A stretch of DNA of 64,000 nt from Tubiluchus corallicola (Eukaryota > Animalia > Priapulida), in assembly GCA_030141605.1 (NCBI GenBank), contig JAQGDQ010000192.1, forward strand, positions 124,001 through 188,000. The letters are read 5' to 3'. A program made the position numbers and the translations under genes. How positions within the stretch are numbered: the first letter of the stretch is position 1; each line of letters begins with the position of its first letter. Of the stretch, positions 15,221-27,873 are shown one piece after another. A model generated the notes under the pieces. The model was not told the DNA's origin, did no database searches, and saw only the letters and a list, made by a program, of their open reading frames with translations.

Positions 15221-16314
15221 GAATAGATGAACACAGAAGAAACACACCATGTCAAACGATGTGTTTTAGATGAATAAAAGGGAAAGGCGCTACTTTACGC
15301 TGTTCAAATAATGTTATTGTTAAATTCTTGGTTAAACACGGGTATCACACTTTGTTACACAATGCGCGTTTTTTATTTCACTATTATCCTATTCCAATTT
15401 GAAATTTGCGCCTAGATTCACGAATTTGTTCATGTAGACGTTATTTTATGCACACACTCAAGAGAGTCCGTCATGTAAACACACAGCAAGCAAACATTTT
15501 TTTCCAATATTCAAGCACAAAGAAAATTAGAAAACAAGGTCAGGCAGCTGCACAGGTGAGCTGTTCTTCGGCTGAGCACGTTCGGCAGCTATGCGAGTAT
15601 AACGTCAGAAATAGGGTTGGGCTTTTAATCCAGCCTTCAACACTTCTAAATTCATTATGAAATAAAAATTCTGTACATCACAAGGACAACAAACAACATC
15701 AGCGAATAACAAACAATACGTCTCAAAATTGTCCAAGTTCAGCTGTTAATAAAAACTTGCAGGTATTGTGTGACTTTGATTGCAGTGAACCGGTTCTTAC
15801 TTATGTGAATTTAATTTTTCCAACGTCTAGGTTGCTACAAGGAAATAGACACCAGACACCTAGTAATAAAGCGGCGCTGCCTTTTGTGAATTTCTGTACA
15901 GCAACAAATTTATGAATGAATGATTCAAAAGTGTAGAACAAAATAGGTGAGATGAAGTGGAAATAAACGTGTAGGTTGCGTGCAAATAATCAGAAAATAA
16001 TTCCCTTTTGCAAGCTGTTTTTTTTTTATTACGTATTTTGGTGGAAAGTTAAAAACGGCTTCAGCGAAGACTCGAACTCGAATTGGTCGTTTCACATTAT
16101 AAAACATTAGCACGTTTTGCTTTCACATCGTCTTAAATATTAACCGAGTTAAAGTGAACTTATAACTCTCCTTTTTTGAAATTTTTGAAATTGGATTATT
16201 AACCCGATTGCATTACGACCTAAAGCTCATAGTTCATAGTTCTAGAGTTTATTCTCTAGTTTATTTCCTATAGAAACTTTCGGTCTCATTAGACCTTCCT
16301 TAGATAGAGTAACT

Positions 16315-16915
16315 CAATTTCAATTCAATTCAATTCAAATTTTTATTCCGGCAACTGAGACCATATAAAACGCAAATACAGTACTAAAATTAAATAAAAT
16401 ATAACGAAATAAAAAATACAAGTTTAAAATGTAAATACAGAGTCAGTAAATTAAGAGCTAAATAAATGTTAGAAACTATATGTAATTAAGTAATATTTTA
16501 TTCCGTATCGCGAAAAAGCAAGACAAGTCTATGTGAGTTAACAATAGCAGTGTGTTATGGTCGACTTTCAGCAAACCAGAATTACTTAATAGAAAATAAA
16601 CTGTGAGACTTTCGGCAATTTTATGCACTTTGAAATGCCAAGTCACAAGAGAAAACTCATTTGCTTGTAGAAGAGAGCTCATTTACTTAGATTTTGTGAA
16701 TTTGAAAGCGTGTGTATTTAAATCCAGTAGATTATACTCAGCTATTCATCGTGTTTGTCATCGATGAAAAGGTTGGTTCAAAAAGATTACGCTGACAAAC
16801 TGTAAGTTCAACTCTTAGCGGTGATCTATATCGTTTGCCCTGACTACTCAAATTTGGGAATCTTCATCCACAGCTCCAAAACCGACGTAATGGCTTTGGA
16901 TGACGAATATTTAGA
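16315..16915 (-). mobile_element. decayed LINE 3' end with AATAAA and (TTGAA)n tail
   Basis: Minus strand ends ggtctcagttgccggaataaaaatttgaattgaattgaattg, preceded by degenerate coding-like sequence (16476..16682). Confidence 0.45.
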
Positions 16916-16920
16916 TAAGT

Positions 16921-17321
16921 AATTTTGTTTTTATTTTTCTTCAGGAATGACATTGGCAATCTGGGGCTACTTAAACCACCTTCTTGATGATCTTAATTTT
17001 TCGACAATGACAAAAGCAAAGTTGGTCCAATTTTAGCAAAGTTTTTGAATTGTCTTTGCAAGGTCATAGATCAACCAAGGTCATAAATAATTTAATCAAC
17101 GCCTAGAACAACAAAAATGCTGTTTAAGATTACATTGTCCTGTAATGTTTACCCAATTTGCCCAACGGACGATTTACGACCTTGAAAAGACGATTCAAAA
17201 GCTTGACTAAAATTGAACCAAATTTTGCTTTTGTCATTGTCCATAAATTAAGATCATCAAGAAATAGTTTAAATAGCCCGGGATTACCAATGTTACTTTT
17301 GAAGAAAAATAAAACCAAATT
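16921..17321. repeat. long imperfect inverted repeat (~150-bp arms, ~100-bp spacer), MITE/foldback-like
   Basis: 16921-17071 aligns to the reverse complement of 17171-17321, e.g. ttcttgatgatcttaattt..gacaatgacaaaagcaaa versus tttgcttttgtcattgtc..aaattaagatcatcaagaa. Confidence 0.85.
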
Positions 17322-18152
17322 GTTTCCAAATCATGGGAAATAAAACAAAGTTAAGATAGCATGTAATTTTTAATTTTATGGATTTTTATAAGGTTACTTC
17401 ACCAAGACGGTAAAAATTGACTTTCAATATCAGTTTTAGGAAGTAAAAATTTCGTTACAAACTAGTATTTTATATTAACTTCACCTCACAAAAGTGCGCA
17501 AAGTTTTTTTAAATAACTTTAATCGTCACAGTCTGAGTCTGAAGCATTACGTGCTGTTGGAGGAATGGATAAATTCCATAGCTCTTTTTTGAACATTTAT
17601 CGCATCATTTCCATCGCGCGACAAAATAACTGAATTGTTCCAAAAAGAAAATCAATCGTCAATATAATTTGTCTAGTTTTTAATATAGCGTGACGTGATG
17701 AGGTGCATTAACGCAACTCGTCTTTCAGCAGGTGCCATTTCGTAATCGCACTTTTGCAGGTTTTATTTCCTACATTAGCAGAACATTAGACAAGAAATTA
17801 AGAGCTGCAGCCTTCAAGAAAGGAAGAGTAGAAGGGCAACGTGATAGAAATCTCGCAACGTTTTTGGTAAACGTTAATTTTGGTTAATTTAAAATGGTAT
17901 TTTTTAAACAAAAAGAGGTGCTTGATGTACGTATTTATGCACATGTGTGTGTGTTGTTAATTATTTATATATGCACATATTATTATTTAAATTAACCTGT
18001 GCTCCTCTAGTACATTTTTTTGTCTTGTGTCTATAGTTTTATAATCTGTATTACTTATTTCTTTTTTGTAGTACTTTACGTATAGATTTGTACATAAAAT
18101 AATATACATATAAGCAATATATATATGTACAAGAGGAGCACAGGTTAATTGA

Positions 18153-18325
<173 letters not shown>

Positions 18326-18499
18326 AAATGAAGAGGTTAGTAATGAGTTCCAATATTGGAAGTACAATGACTTATATCGAATATATGATAGATATATATT
18401 GAATGGCTTGTTCTTGGATTAAGCATCCACTCTGTCATTCAGGATTGGTGAGTTGGGGCCCGGTGAATTCCCCTAGACTATTCAGTTTAATAAGAATTT

Positions 18500-19620
18500 C
18501 AGAGTGAGTTTTCAGGTCACTGCTCCGATCACACATTGAAGACTGGAGGTTGTACGAGACGCGTGGAACTTTCATCTATTGTTTTGCCAGCAATGTTGAT
18601 CTGTTTTTACGCTTTTGCAGAAGGCGTGCAGCCAAAAACATTTCTAACGTGAGGTGCAAAATTATGCAAGAAAATCCTGTCGCTAAGGAAAGTGCAAAAT
18701 TATGTGATAAAATCCTTAATTCATCTGGATCTATGTACACAACCTACGGGGAAATCAATCCTCATAAGTTCACAAGGTCTACCTAAACCGCAGATTCAGT
18801 TTCAATGTTACTAAAATCGCAAGCCTTTCTTTTACAAGATCCAGATTTTTTGCTCACTTTCTCAAGACAGAAAGAGGGAGATCGAATAGCAGTGTTTGCG
18901 GAAGAGATGTACAGGATGAAGATCACATACTGTGAAAACTGGATACTTTAGAGAACTTTATAACAATTTAGACTTTAGTGACTTACAATCACTATGTGGA
19001 CCAACATAATCTGATACATTTTGTTTATGAGCGATTATATTCTACTAACCTAACTTGCAGTTTTTGATATTATCTGTAACTATTGTGAATGGACTGTCAC
19101 CAGTCAATAAATTTACTACCATTACAAGTTGTTCTGCACAATTACTTGTTGTTTTCGTACCCCTTCTTCTCCAAAAAGATATGTACTACGCTCTATAAAG
19201 CAGCAAATACGAATTTCATTCAATTTGTATTAAAACTATTGGCGCTTTGAATGTTATAGATTTGGCTTCACTTTCAGAAAAATCAGTTGATGTGAAAGAA
19301 GCCATCTGTCTATGTTATATCATTTTGAAAGCAATGCTATTGGCTGTTATTGTGAACCTTCTAGCCATCAACGGAAACTCAAACAAAGTTACGCACATAT
19401 TTCTTTACAAAAAGTGTGGCCAATCTTGATCTACAGCCGTAGCCAGAAGTATAGGACAACCTTCACTTAATCTGTGCATGAAAGAATAGTATTCAAATCA
19501 GAAAACTGTAAATAAGCATAAAAATTACTTTGAATTATGGATGAATATTTAGAAATCATCCGCCACATTTGCATATAGACCGGAGTGCACTAGTTGCAAT
19601 TGAATGGCGTAACAAAAGCT
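18500..19620 (-). mobile_element. very decayed LINE RT-like sequence
   Basis: Faint motif remnants on the minus strand (HSIATSAL ~ HSTETAL; W.HFL.RN.CV ~ WF.SFL..R.Q.V; LVTLKLN ~ L.LN..KT) broken by many stops. Confidence 0.25.
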
Positions 19621-21734
19621 GCTCATGTGTGAGTTAGTGCTGGTCATGTGTGAGTTATTTAGATAGCGCACAAAAATTTGTTTTTACTGAAATGAAATAT
19701 CATAGGTATGTTATTCATGCAACTTTAATTACTGGAAGAGTAAAAGTAAGCGATTATAGCTTGATAGCTTCTCTACTTTCATAAAGTTGACTTATTCAAA
19801 GGATTAAAATGGAAAATAAATAGATACCGGCAACTGCGGTTTCAATTTATTTTCTTTTTGGTGAATTATGCTTCTTTGTGTTACTAACGAAACAAGAACC
19901 AAGTTTTTTCAACCTAAGTTCAAAGGAAGTAGGCCTGTTACAACGTATCTTCTCTCAAAATTAACTAAATTTGGATGCGCAAGCCCCTACTACGTGTTGT
20001 CGTTTATAGGGCTAAAATTAATGCTAATGTTAACATAAGTGTGAGCGTACTTACTTTCACATTTTGGTCAGCAGAATGGTTGCATAGAACGGTATTTACG
20101 ATTCCAAAAACCTAAAGATAAAACAATAGTTACGTTTATTTACTTATTGAGTTACGTTTTTAATTTAATTTTTTGGAACTTGACTACCAAGATTTTTGTA
20201 GCACAAGATTTTTGCAAGTCTGTGATAGTTTTAGAATTACACGTGACGCACAGTATTACTAACTACCCCCTAAAATAGCATGTTGATCAATATAAATTGA
20301 ATAGAAAAGCTTCTAGCAATGAATTAAGAAATCATCTGTTCGTCAAAAGTCAATGAAAACTTAATTACTATGTTCCAGCTACAAAGTCATGGGGTTTTGC
20401 TGAGTAAGTGTCATGGTTATAGCTATTTATAGGTATAGGTGTGTATAATAATGGCTACAGCTGTTGTTGTAGTCATTGTTGTTGATGACGAAATTACCAT
20501 TCCCATATCTTGTCTCTTCTCACGCTATCCTGAACGCGTTCATTCTTTGAAGTGGCGTTTACCAGCCATCCGAAATGCGTATGCGTTATGCGGTATCCGA
20601 ATAGATAAAATGTACAATAGAGTTATATTGTTTTCAATGCACGCGTTTATCAGATCTGCGGTGTGCCATATTTTTTCTGCAGTTATTTATTATTGCAGTA
20701 GTCCGTTATTGTAGTCTTTTTCCTTAAGTATAGAAAACGTTGAACTCGTAGATAAATAAAGTGTGATCGTATAGTTTATTGTAGTACAAAATCAGAGACG
20801 TAGAGAGATCATCATCATCATCGTCGTCATTATCACATTTTCTTAAACGTGGAACCGAAACACGGAAAGTTATTTTTTATATTCTCTTCACAACATTGCT
20901 TTTAGACAGTAGTCCTTTTATTCTCTTAAACTTATTGTCCATATTACAGTTTTAATTATACAGTATAATAACGTAATGTTTGCTTTCATATGGTCAGTTG
21001 GGCTGTAATTAAATGATAACAGCAATAATTATCATCATTATAATAATAATCGTCGATATCGTAGTAGGTATCATCGTTGTCATCATCACCGTAATCATCG
21101 TTCTCGTCATCCTTATTGTTACCATGCATTATTTTCGTTGACATTACTGTTCACAAAGTCGGGTACAGTAATTATTATAAGTGAGGTGGACACGATAAAT
21201 TTTTTTTACAGCATCATACTTGCGTTATTTCCAAATTATCAATTAACCATGATACTGTGATTATTAATAGCAACAGGCCTGAATATCTACTTATGACAGC
21301 TTCCGAGGTAAAGTTAGGCGTGCGGTTGAGACAAAATTAATTTTGTTTAATGATCCCGTCCTAAATTGCTAACCGCGCACAAGGTTGCGTGCGACTAAAT
21401 GCGTCTTAAGGCGTCTACTTGAATTCGGCTTAACTTTTCTAGTCGCGCGGAAGCTAGTCGCGACTAGGGTGCGATTAAGGAGATAAGGCGGTTATATGAA
21501 TTCGAAAAATTATTTCCGCGCCTGAAACCCACTTAAGTGGCGTTAATGTATCATGCGGACGCGAATGCGTTTTTTGAGGGGGGGAGGTGCGGGATAGGTA
21601 AAATCGGTTTATATTGTTTGAATGCACCCGTTTATGCAGCCTGCGTATGCGTTATTCTTTTCCTGCAGCTATTCCTATTGATTTATTCCGCAGGTAGAAA
21701 ACGCATCCGCACCGCATGCTACATAAACGCCGCT

Positions 21735-23101
21735 TAAGACAAGGAAACACCGGTAAAGTATTTCTTGGCAATAACGCGTTTCCTGTAAGTGTTCAGGAGA
21801 AATATCTTGGTCATATAATATGCACTAATCTAAGCGACAACTGCGATATGCAAAACCAGACTAGTCTGTTTTACGCAACTGCATATACGTATTTCGGTGA
21901 AGCAATAACAGAGGATGCGAAAATGAAGTTAGTTGTTTCCAAGCATCTTGAAAATAAGAATGCTGACATTCTTAAATTTTATGCTTTTGTGCACTAGAAT
22001 TGTGACTATCCTTAATTACTGGATTAAGTATTAGGTAGCGCTCTTATAGCTGGTGTGTTCTACAGCTCAGAGACCTGGAACACCAATTTGCAAAGTATTG
22101 TGCACAACACAACGTATATGGAACCCCTTAAGTCATTAATGTCAGTCAGACGTTCAAAATGCAATGCTCTTGTGTTTCTTGAGACTGCATATCCGTCCTT
22201 TATCACGTGGGTAAACGTAGACAATTAAAACGTGTCGAATAAGTCTAGCCAATCCAGAAAATCATCAGCCGTTACTTCAAGCATGTGAGATAGCAAAACT
22301 CTGCAAAGGTGATTTGTATACGTGTTTGAATGGACTGCTCACAATCAGTGTGAGTACTATGAGCAGCAACGATCTTTGTTGGCAGACTACTGTAAGAGAC
22401 AATAACTCAACTAAACGAGAGACATAATTATGAAAAGCTAAACTCATGCTTAATAGCATCCGTTATTCCGGGGCTTCAAGACCCGAGATGCACCGCATTG
22501 CATCTATGCGATTGAGACTCCAGGCGCACTAATTGAAAGTTGAAACTAATAGACGGCTTAGCGTAGATAGAAGAAGACACTCTGTAATTGGGGAGAAGTC
22601 CAAACTGAAAAGTACGTTTTCATGGATTGTCGTTTAACAGTTGAAACTAAAAGAAGATTCAGCAATGTAGACTTTACATCCTTAACATCAATTATGAATA
22701 CAAATTTGGTATTTGAGATCTTTTTTAGTATTTTAAAAGCTTAAGAATAAAAACATACAATAAGCTTTGCAAGTACCATATAATGAAGTGTCACAATTCT
22801 GTTAGTTCATTTTCATTGTCTCTGTCTACATTGCCGAATCAGCTTCTAGTTTCAGCTCAGTCATTATCACATTTTTTTACTGACACTGAATGAAAATTTG
22901 TTATTATGAACTTTTCTTTTAAACCTTTGTATAATGTTGCTGTTTTCTGTGACTATGAAATGTTTCAATTCTGCTATCCCTATCACAGATTGTAAATATT
23001 AATTTTATGGTCAATAAATTACCACCACTATTACTCTATTACTGCTGCTGCTGCTACTGCTACTACTACTACTACTGCTACTACTACTACTACTACTACT
23101 G

Positions 23102-23177
<76 letters not shown>

Positions 23178-23560
23178 CTCTACCGCTACTACCACTACCA
23201 CTACTACCACTGCCACTGCCACTGCCACTTCCACGTGCTTAGGCGATGTTAAAATCATGTTATTTAAGAGTTACTGCTGCAAGTTTACTGTATGTCTTTA
23301 TGGACTAATTATAGTTATGGTATGCAAGATAGACTGCGTATTGCGTACAACAGTGGTATCACAAAACTGTTTCGCTTAAAGTACGATTGTAGTGCTTCTG
23401 GCATGTATGTAAACATATCTCTACCTCATTTTACTCACGTTTGCAAAAGATCGTGTTATAACATTCGTAACAGCTTATTACTGCATAGTGACAACGGTGT
23501 TATAACTGCTATGGTTAACTCATAGACTTCTCAGCTCTTGCTTTTTTGTGAAATGGAATG
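21735..23560 (+). mobile_element. older LINE (RT thumb/C-terminal region) split in two (~21735-21885 and ~23235-23560) by a nested second LINE
   Basis: KVFLGNNAFPVSVQEKYLGHIICTNLSDNCDMQNQTSLFYATA then, after the insertion, DVKIMLFKSYC..SLWTNYSYGMQDRLRIAYNSGITKLFRLKYDCSASGMYV. These are consecutive parts of the known LINE motif KYLGH...DD.DI.RQ...Y...N......VK..LFKSYC....LW.......L.VAYN...R.......SAS.MF. Confidence 0.75.
21890..23230 (+). mobile_element. nested 5'-truncated LINE 3' end (zinc-knuckle C-terminus, AATAAA, (CTA)n/(CCA)n tail)
   Basis: RIASMRLRLQAH*LKVETNRR...LCNWGEVQTEKYVFMDCRL matches 'RLRLSSH.L.IETGR...RLC.CG.VQTE.HV...C'. 'gtcaataaatt' at ~23012 is followed by the trinucleotide tail 23035-23230. 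Confidence 0.75.
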
Positions 23561-25027
23561 AATTACATAATTAGTTTCTAAAATTTACTTAGCTCTTAAT
23601 TAACAACAACATCAGTGGCGTCAGCTTTATATTTGTCATTGTTTTTTCTATCGCCGTTACCACCACTGATGTTGCCGTCGTCACGGTTGTTTTTAGTGAT
23701 TTCTGCGATACTGTAAGTTGCCGTTTTCGTTTTACCGTCTTTACCGCGTTCTCCATTGCACTTTATAATAAAATAAATTGTTGCAGCAAACCGAAAATAA
23801 CACAGATTGACGGATTTGCCGTTTTATTCATTTTTAATAGAATTTCCTTTGGAGAAAGATTTATTGGACTGTGTGATTAAACAATAACGATTAACGTCTA
23901 AAGTTTAGTGAATTAATGGAAATATAATTTCAAATAAAGACAATAAATTAAATAAGTATTTTGAGATGGTTCTTGGAAAGCTATCAATCTATTTCAGAAT
24001 AACGTTAGACAATTAATTTTCTGGTTCATATCATTAAATACATTCATTGGAATATCATTGATCAGAAATTATTCTAGGTGTTTTCGCAAACTTTTTGGCC
24101 CGTTTATTGACGATTTTTTGTGAATAAACTGGAGATTTTAACTCCTGGTCAACATTTTTGACAACATCTCTAAAACGGCGTTTTCTTTAGCGAGTTATAC
24201 CAATTAACTAGGTCTTGATTTTTGATCTATTACTGATAGTAGACATTATAGGCCTAAAGAATGTCAGTAAGTGTGTCAGCGCCTTTGAAATAGTTGTGAT
24301 TAATCGCAAATATTTTTGCCACTTTTGTTGAGTATCATCTTGTATCATATCAACTCGTCCCTTTGTGCTCTACCCCTTGGTGAAAATTCTGTCATAATTC
24401 AACGAGTAGTTGCAAAGCTATACAAAAGTAACGCCAAGTAACGCCATTTTTAGCGTTTAATCAATTATCGGTTATTTGTTGTAAATTGGTTAGAGGTTTG
24501 TTTTTTCGCCTGGCCTTTTCACATCCATCTAGTAGTGAGGGTTTTGTGAAAAATCAAAATAGTTACAGAACTATTGACCCAGAAACTTTCAAAAAGTCAT
24601 CCAAAGTTGGAATCCTACTGGTCGGAATAGGAGTTGGTAAATCTCCCTGACAATTCTAGTTAATGACGTATAGATGCTGTTTCACAGGCGACAGGACTGT
24701 GGGTTTATAGCGCAGCTGCGTTTCATATGCAAACGTGACGTCATTCTTCTTTTTCATTGTCAAATGATTGATCAAATAGATTGAGTGGATTTTTGATGCT
24801 TGTTTAACCGTTCAATTTCCTTCTGAATAAAATACGTGTGGTGTCGCATGTATAAGTCGTTGCTTGAGATACAAAAGCCTGCAGTTTTTTTGTTTGTGAA
24901 TGATTAATGATTCTATATTCGTGGTTTCTTCCCCAAACGAATCGTCATCGTCATCTTTGTCATCATTATCATAATTATTATTCATTAATATTACTATTAT
25001 TATTACCAACATAATATTTAGGGACAC

Positions 25028-25870
25028 TTCTCATTAATATTAGCAATTGGCAGCCCAATTAATATTCGCAAACATTATGCGACATATGCCAGTTGAGTAA
25101 TAAATTAACCAGCAGTTAGCTTATAATTATTATTCAGTGTCTCTGATCTAAGACTTGATCATATTTGAGAAGATGACCTGCAAAGTCACGTATCTATGAT
25201 ATAGATTGAGATGTAGAAATTGACATATATATATATATATATATTTATACAGATCTCAAGAATGGCTTTAAATTGAAAACCAAGGTATTTGCAAATAAAT
25301 GCATCTTCTACAGTATTTCAAATGTCTTTTTTGCAAAAACTTGCAAAATAACGTAACTTTTAATAGAAGCTGCAAAGTATACTACCTTCAACTTTCATTA
25401 TTCTATAACATGCTCAGATCTCACATTTTCCCAGAAAATGGCTTAAAATAAGTGAGACATGCTAATTATTCTTCTTATATTCCTAAACACTTACAAACAA
25501 ATAGAAAGAAGATAGTAAAAGAAAAACGGTCGGTCGTTTTTCTCAAAACTTGTTTATTTTTAGATACGCGACTTTGCAGGTCACCTCCTCATTTTTGCTT
25601 TGACTGTTACGAAGATATACCGTATGCATCAGCTTAAATTTAATAATTTGCATTACGTTTGCCACTATAATAATGCGAATTAAGTGCAATTCTCATTAAT
25701 AGGCAACCCAGTTAATATTCGCAAACATTGTGACATATGCCAGTTCAGTGACAAATTAACCAGCAGTTAGCATATAATTATTATTCACCCTCAGTGATCT
25801 ATTATCATATTTTTACCTAGATTGTTGCGAGGACAGCCCGTATGCATCTGTTTAAATTTGATAATTTGTT
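25028..25870. repeat. diverged direct repeats (~115-bp blocks at ~25028-25150 and ~25690-25801; ~30-bp blocks at ~25621 and ~25839)
   Basis: Shared ttctcattaata...ttaatattcgcaaacatt...gacatatgccagtt.agt..aaattaaccagcagttagc.tataattattattca and cgtatgcatc.g.ttaaattt.ataatttg. Confidence 0.8.
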
Positions 25871-26599
25871 CATCACAGTAGAGCGCAGCTGCAAAAGCTT
25901 TGTAAATCAACCTTCACAATCACAAGCGGCGATTCATACGCCAATAAATAGAATTTAATGGATTAATCAACTAAAATCAACCGAAGAACTTGTTGTATCA
26001 CTCTTAAAATGTTCAATATCTTGATAATTTAATTTTTCTTCGAAAATGCGCCAACTACACATAAATCCGACGAGGCACTGTAAACAAGACATGATAATAT
26101 ACTCAGGAAATGGAATGCAGGAAATCAGAGCACAAAATCCCACTTTACACATCATACGCGTGTTATATATAGCTTTGACCTCATCACTCACATTCTTATA
26201 AGTTGTTTACCAAATAAGTGTAGTGTATGTTTTTAGAAAGTACTTTAAATTGCACGAACCTTAGTTCGACTGTGGGCAGCAAACGAGCATGCGTGTTGAC
26301 TCTATCATGTAAGATTATTGTTGTAACTCTTTGTGAACTTAAATACTGTATGGGGTTTTTATAATTTAGTATTTTAATTGAACTGCATTTTTACGTTACT
26401 GGACTGGAAACTTGCTTCATTATTCAAGGTAGTCCTTGATTTTAGCAGTCCCTTTACTACTCCTTGTTTAACATCACTATAACAAATGTTATACGCACCA
26501 TTAAGCTATAAAAATCTAATTGCAGATTGTGTAACATGTAATGCTGTAGAATTCACTCTATCCTTGTAAAATTATATAATGTTTGTACAGAAATTTTTG

Positions 26600-26626
26600 A
26601 ATGCAAAGCGCGGCTAATAAAGACTT

Positions 26627-26681
<55 letters not shown>
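26600..26681 (+). repeat. (ATC)n microsatellite preceded by AATAAA, probably a retroposon tail
   Basis: gcggctaataaagacttatcatcatc... Confidence 0.85.
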
Positions 26682-26682
<1 letters not shown>

Positions 26683-27661
26683 GATGTAATCATTTTCAGA
26701 CTGTACGTGTATTTCAGGAGCACTTCAGGTAATGTAATACACCACTCACTTTCTTCCACTTTCTTTAAGTGCTATGAAAATTATGCTCTTAATTGCTGCT
26801 AAGCAACGTACGTTCGAACGAATTACTCAATGCTGTTTTCTTTAGGACTTTAAAAACAAGTATAATATCAATATTATATCTAAGTGCTTGAAAATAGAAA
26901 AACTTGCCAGGTAAACACAATTTTGCAATTTATGAGAAAAAAAATCAGCATTTTTGATGTACTAAAAAAAACCAAGCCGTCGATGGGTAATGATGTACTG
27001 GGACAATAAAATGAAAATCGTCACAGAATATCATCAGCAAGCTACATTTCGGCTTTTTAATATATTATTTGTGCTGTCACATCATCATCGTCGTCGTCGT
27101 CGCCGCCGTCGCCGCCGCCGTCGTCATCATAATCAGCAGTAGTAGCACCAGCAGGAGCAGAAGCAACAGCAGCAGTAACAGCACCATCATAAGTGTACTT
27201 TCTCAATTTGTACATTCATTCATCATGTTTTACACGTGCACGAATAATTCACCAGTTTATAGATTTTGTTCTGTATTTAATCACTGATTCTCGAAATCTA
27301 CTTACATCGCAAGCGGCAGTAAAATTCGTTTTTTGAATTTCCTATTACCGTATCATCTCCCTCGCTCAGTCCTTTTCGTGCCTCGATTGCTAACGAGCAA
27401 ATAATTCTAAAACAAACATACCGGTAATTTACTCCACTCAGTTTCTCTCTATTATACTACTCTGGTATCAGATGGCTTCCCTACTCCTAGGAAATGCAAT
27501 GTAAACATATAACGACAACATTCCTGTGGGAGGTGGCTGAGTAATATCTCAAGAAATTACATAAAGCTCAAAATGTTTGCATGACTGATGTGACGTGACA
27601 TCATATAGCAGTGGACCGCTTATTCATGTCGGAGCAAGCATAACCGTTTTATGGTTAAAGT

Positions 27662-27873
27662 TAGATTTTCCTAAACGCCCTTTATCATAACGATTCTTAA
27701 CATAATTCGTTATGATCTTAAGTCACAAGTAATAGTCTATTACATCATAAATCTGCAGTCGTGAGCATACATTTATTTTATCCTAAACGCCAGATTTTCC
27801 TAAACGCACTTTATTATAATGATTCTTAACACAATTCGTCATGATCCTAATGTCACAAGTAATAGTCTATTAT
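27662..27873. repeat. local tandem duplication of ~80 bp
   Basis: agattttcctaaacgc.ctttat.ataa.gattcttaaca.aattcgt.atgatc.taa.gtcacaagtaatagtctatta at ~27663 and ~27792. Confidence 0.85.
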
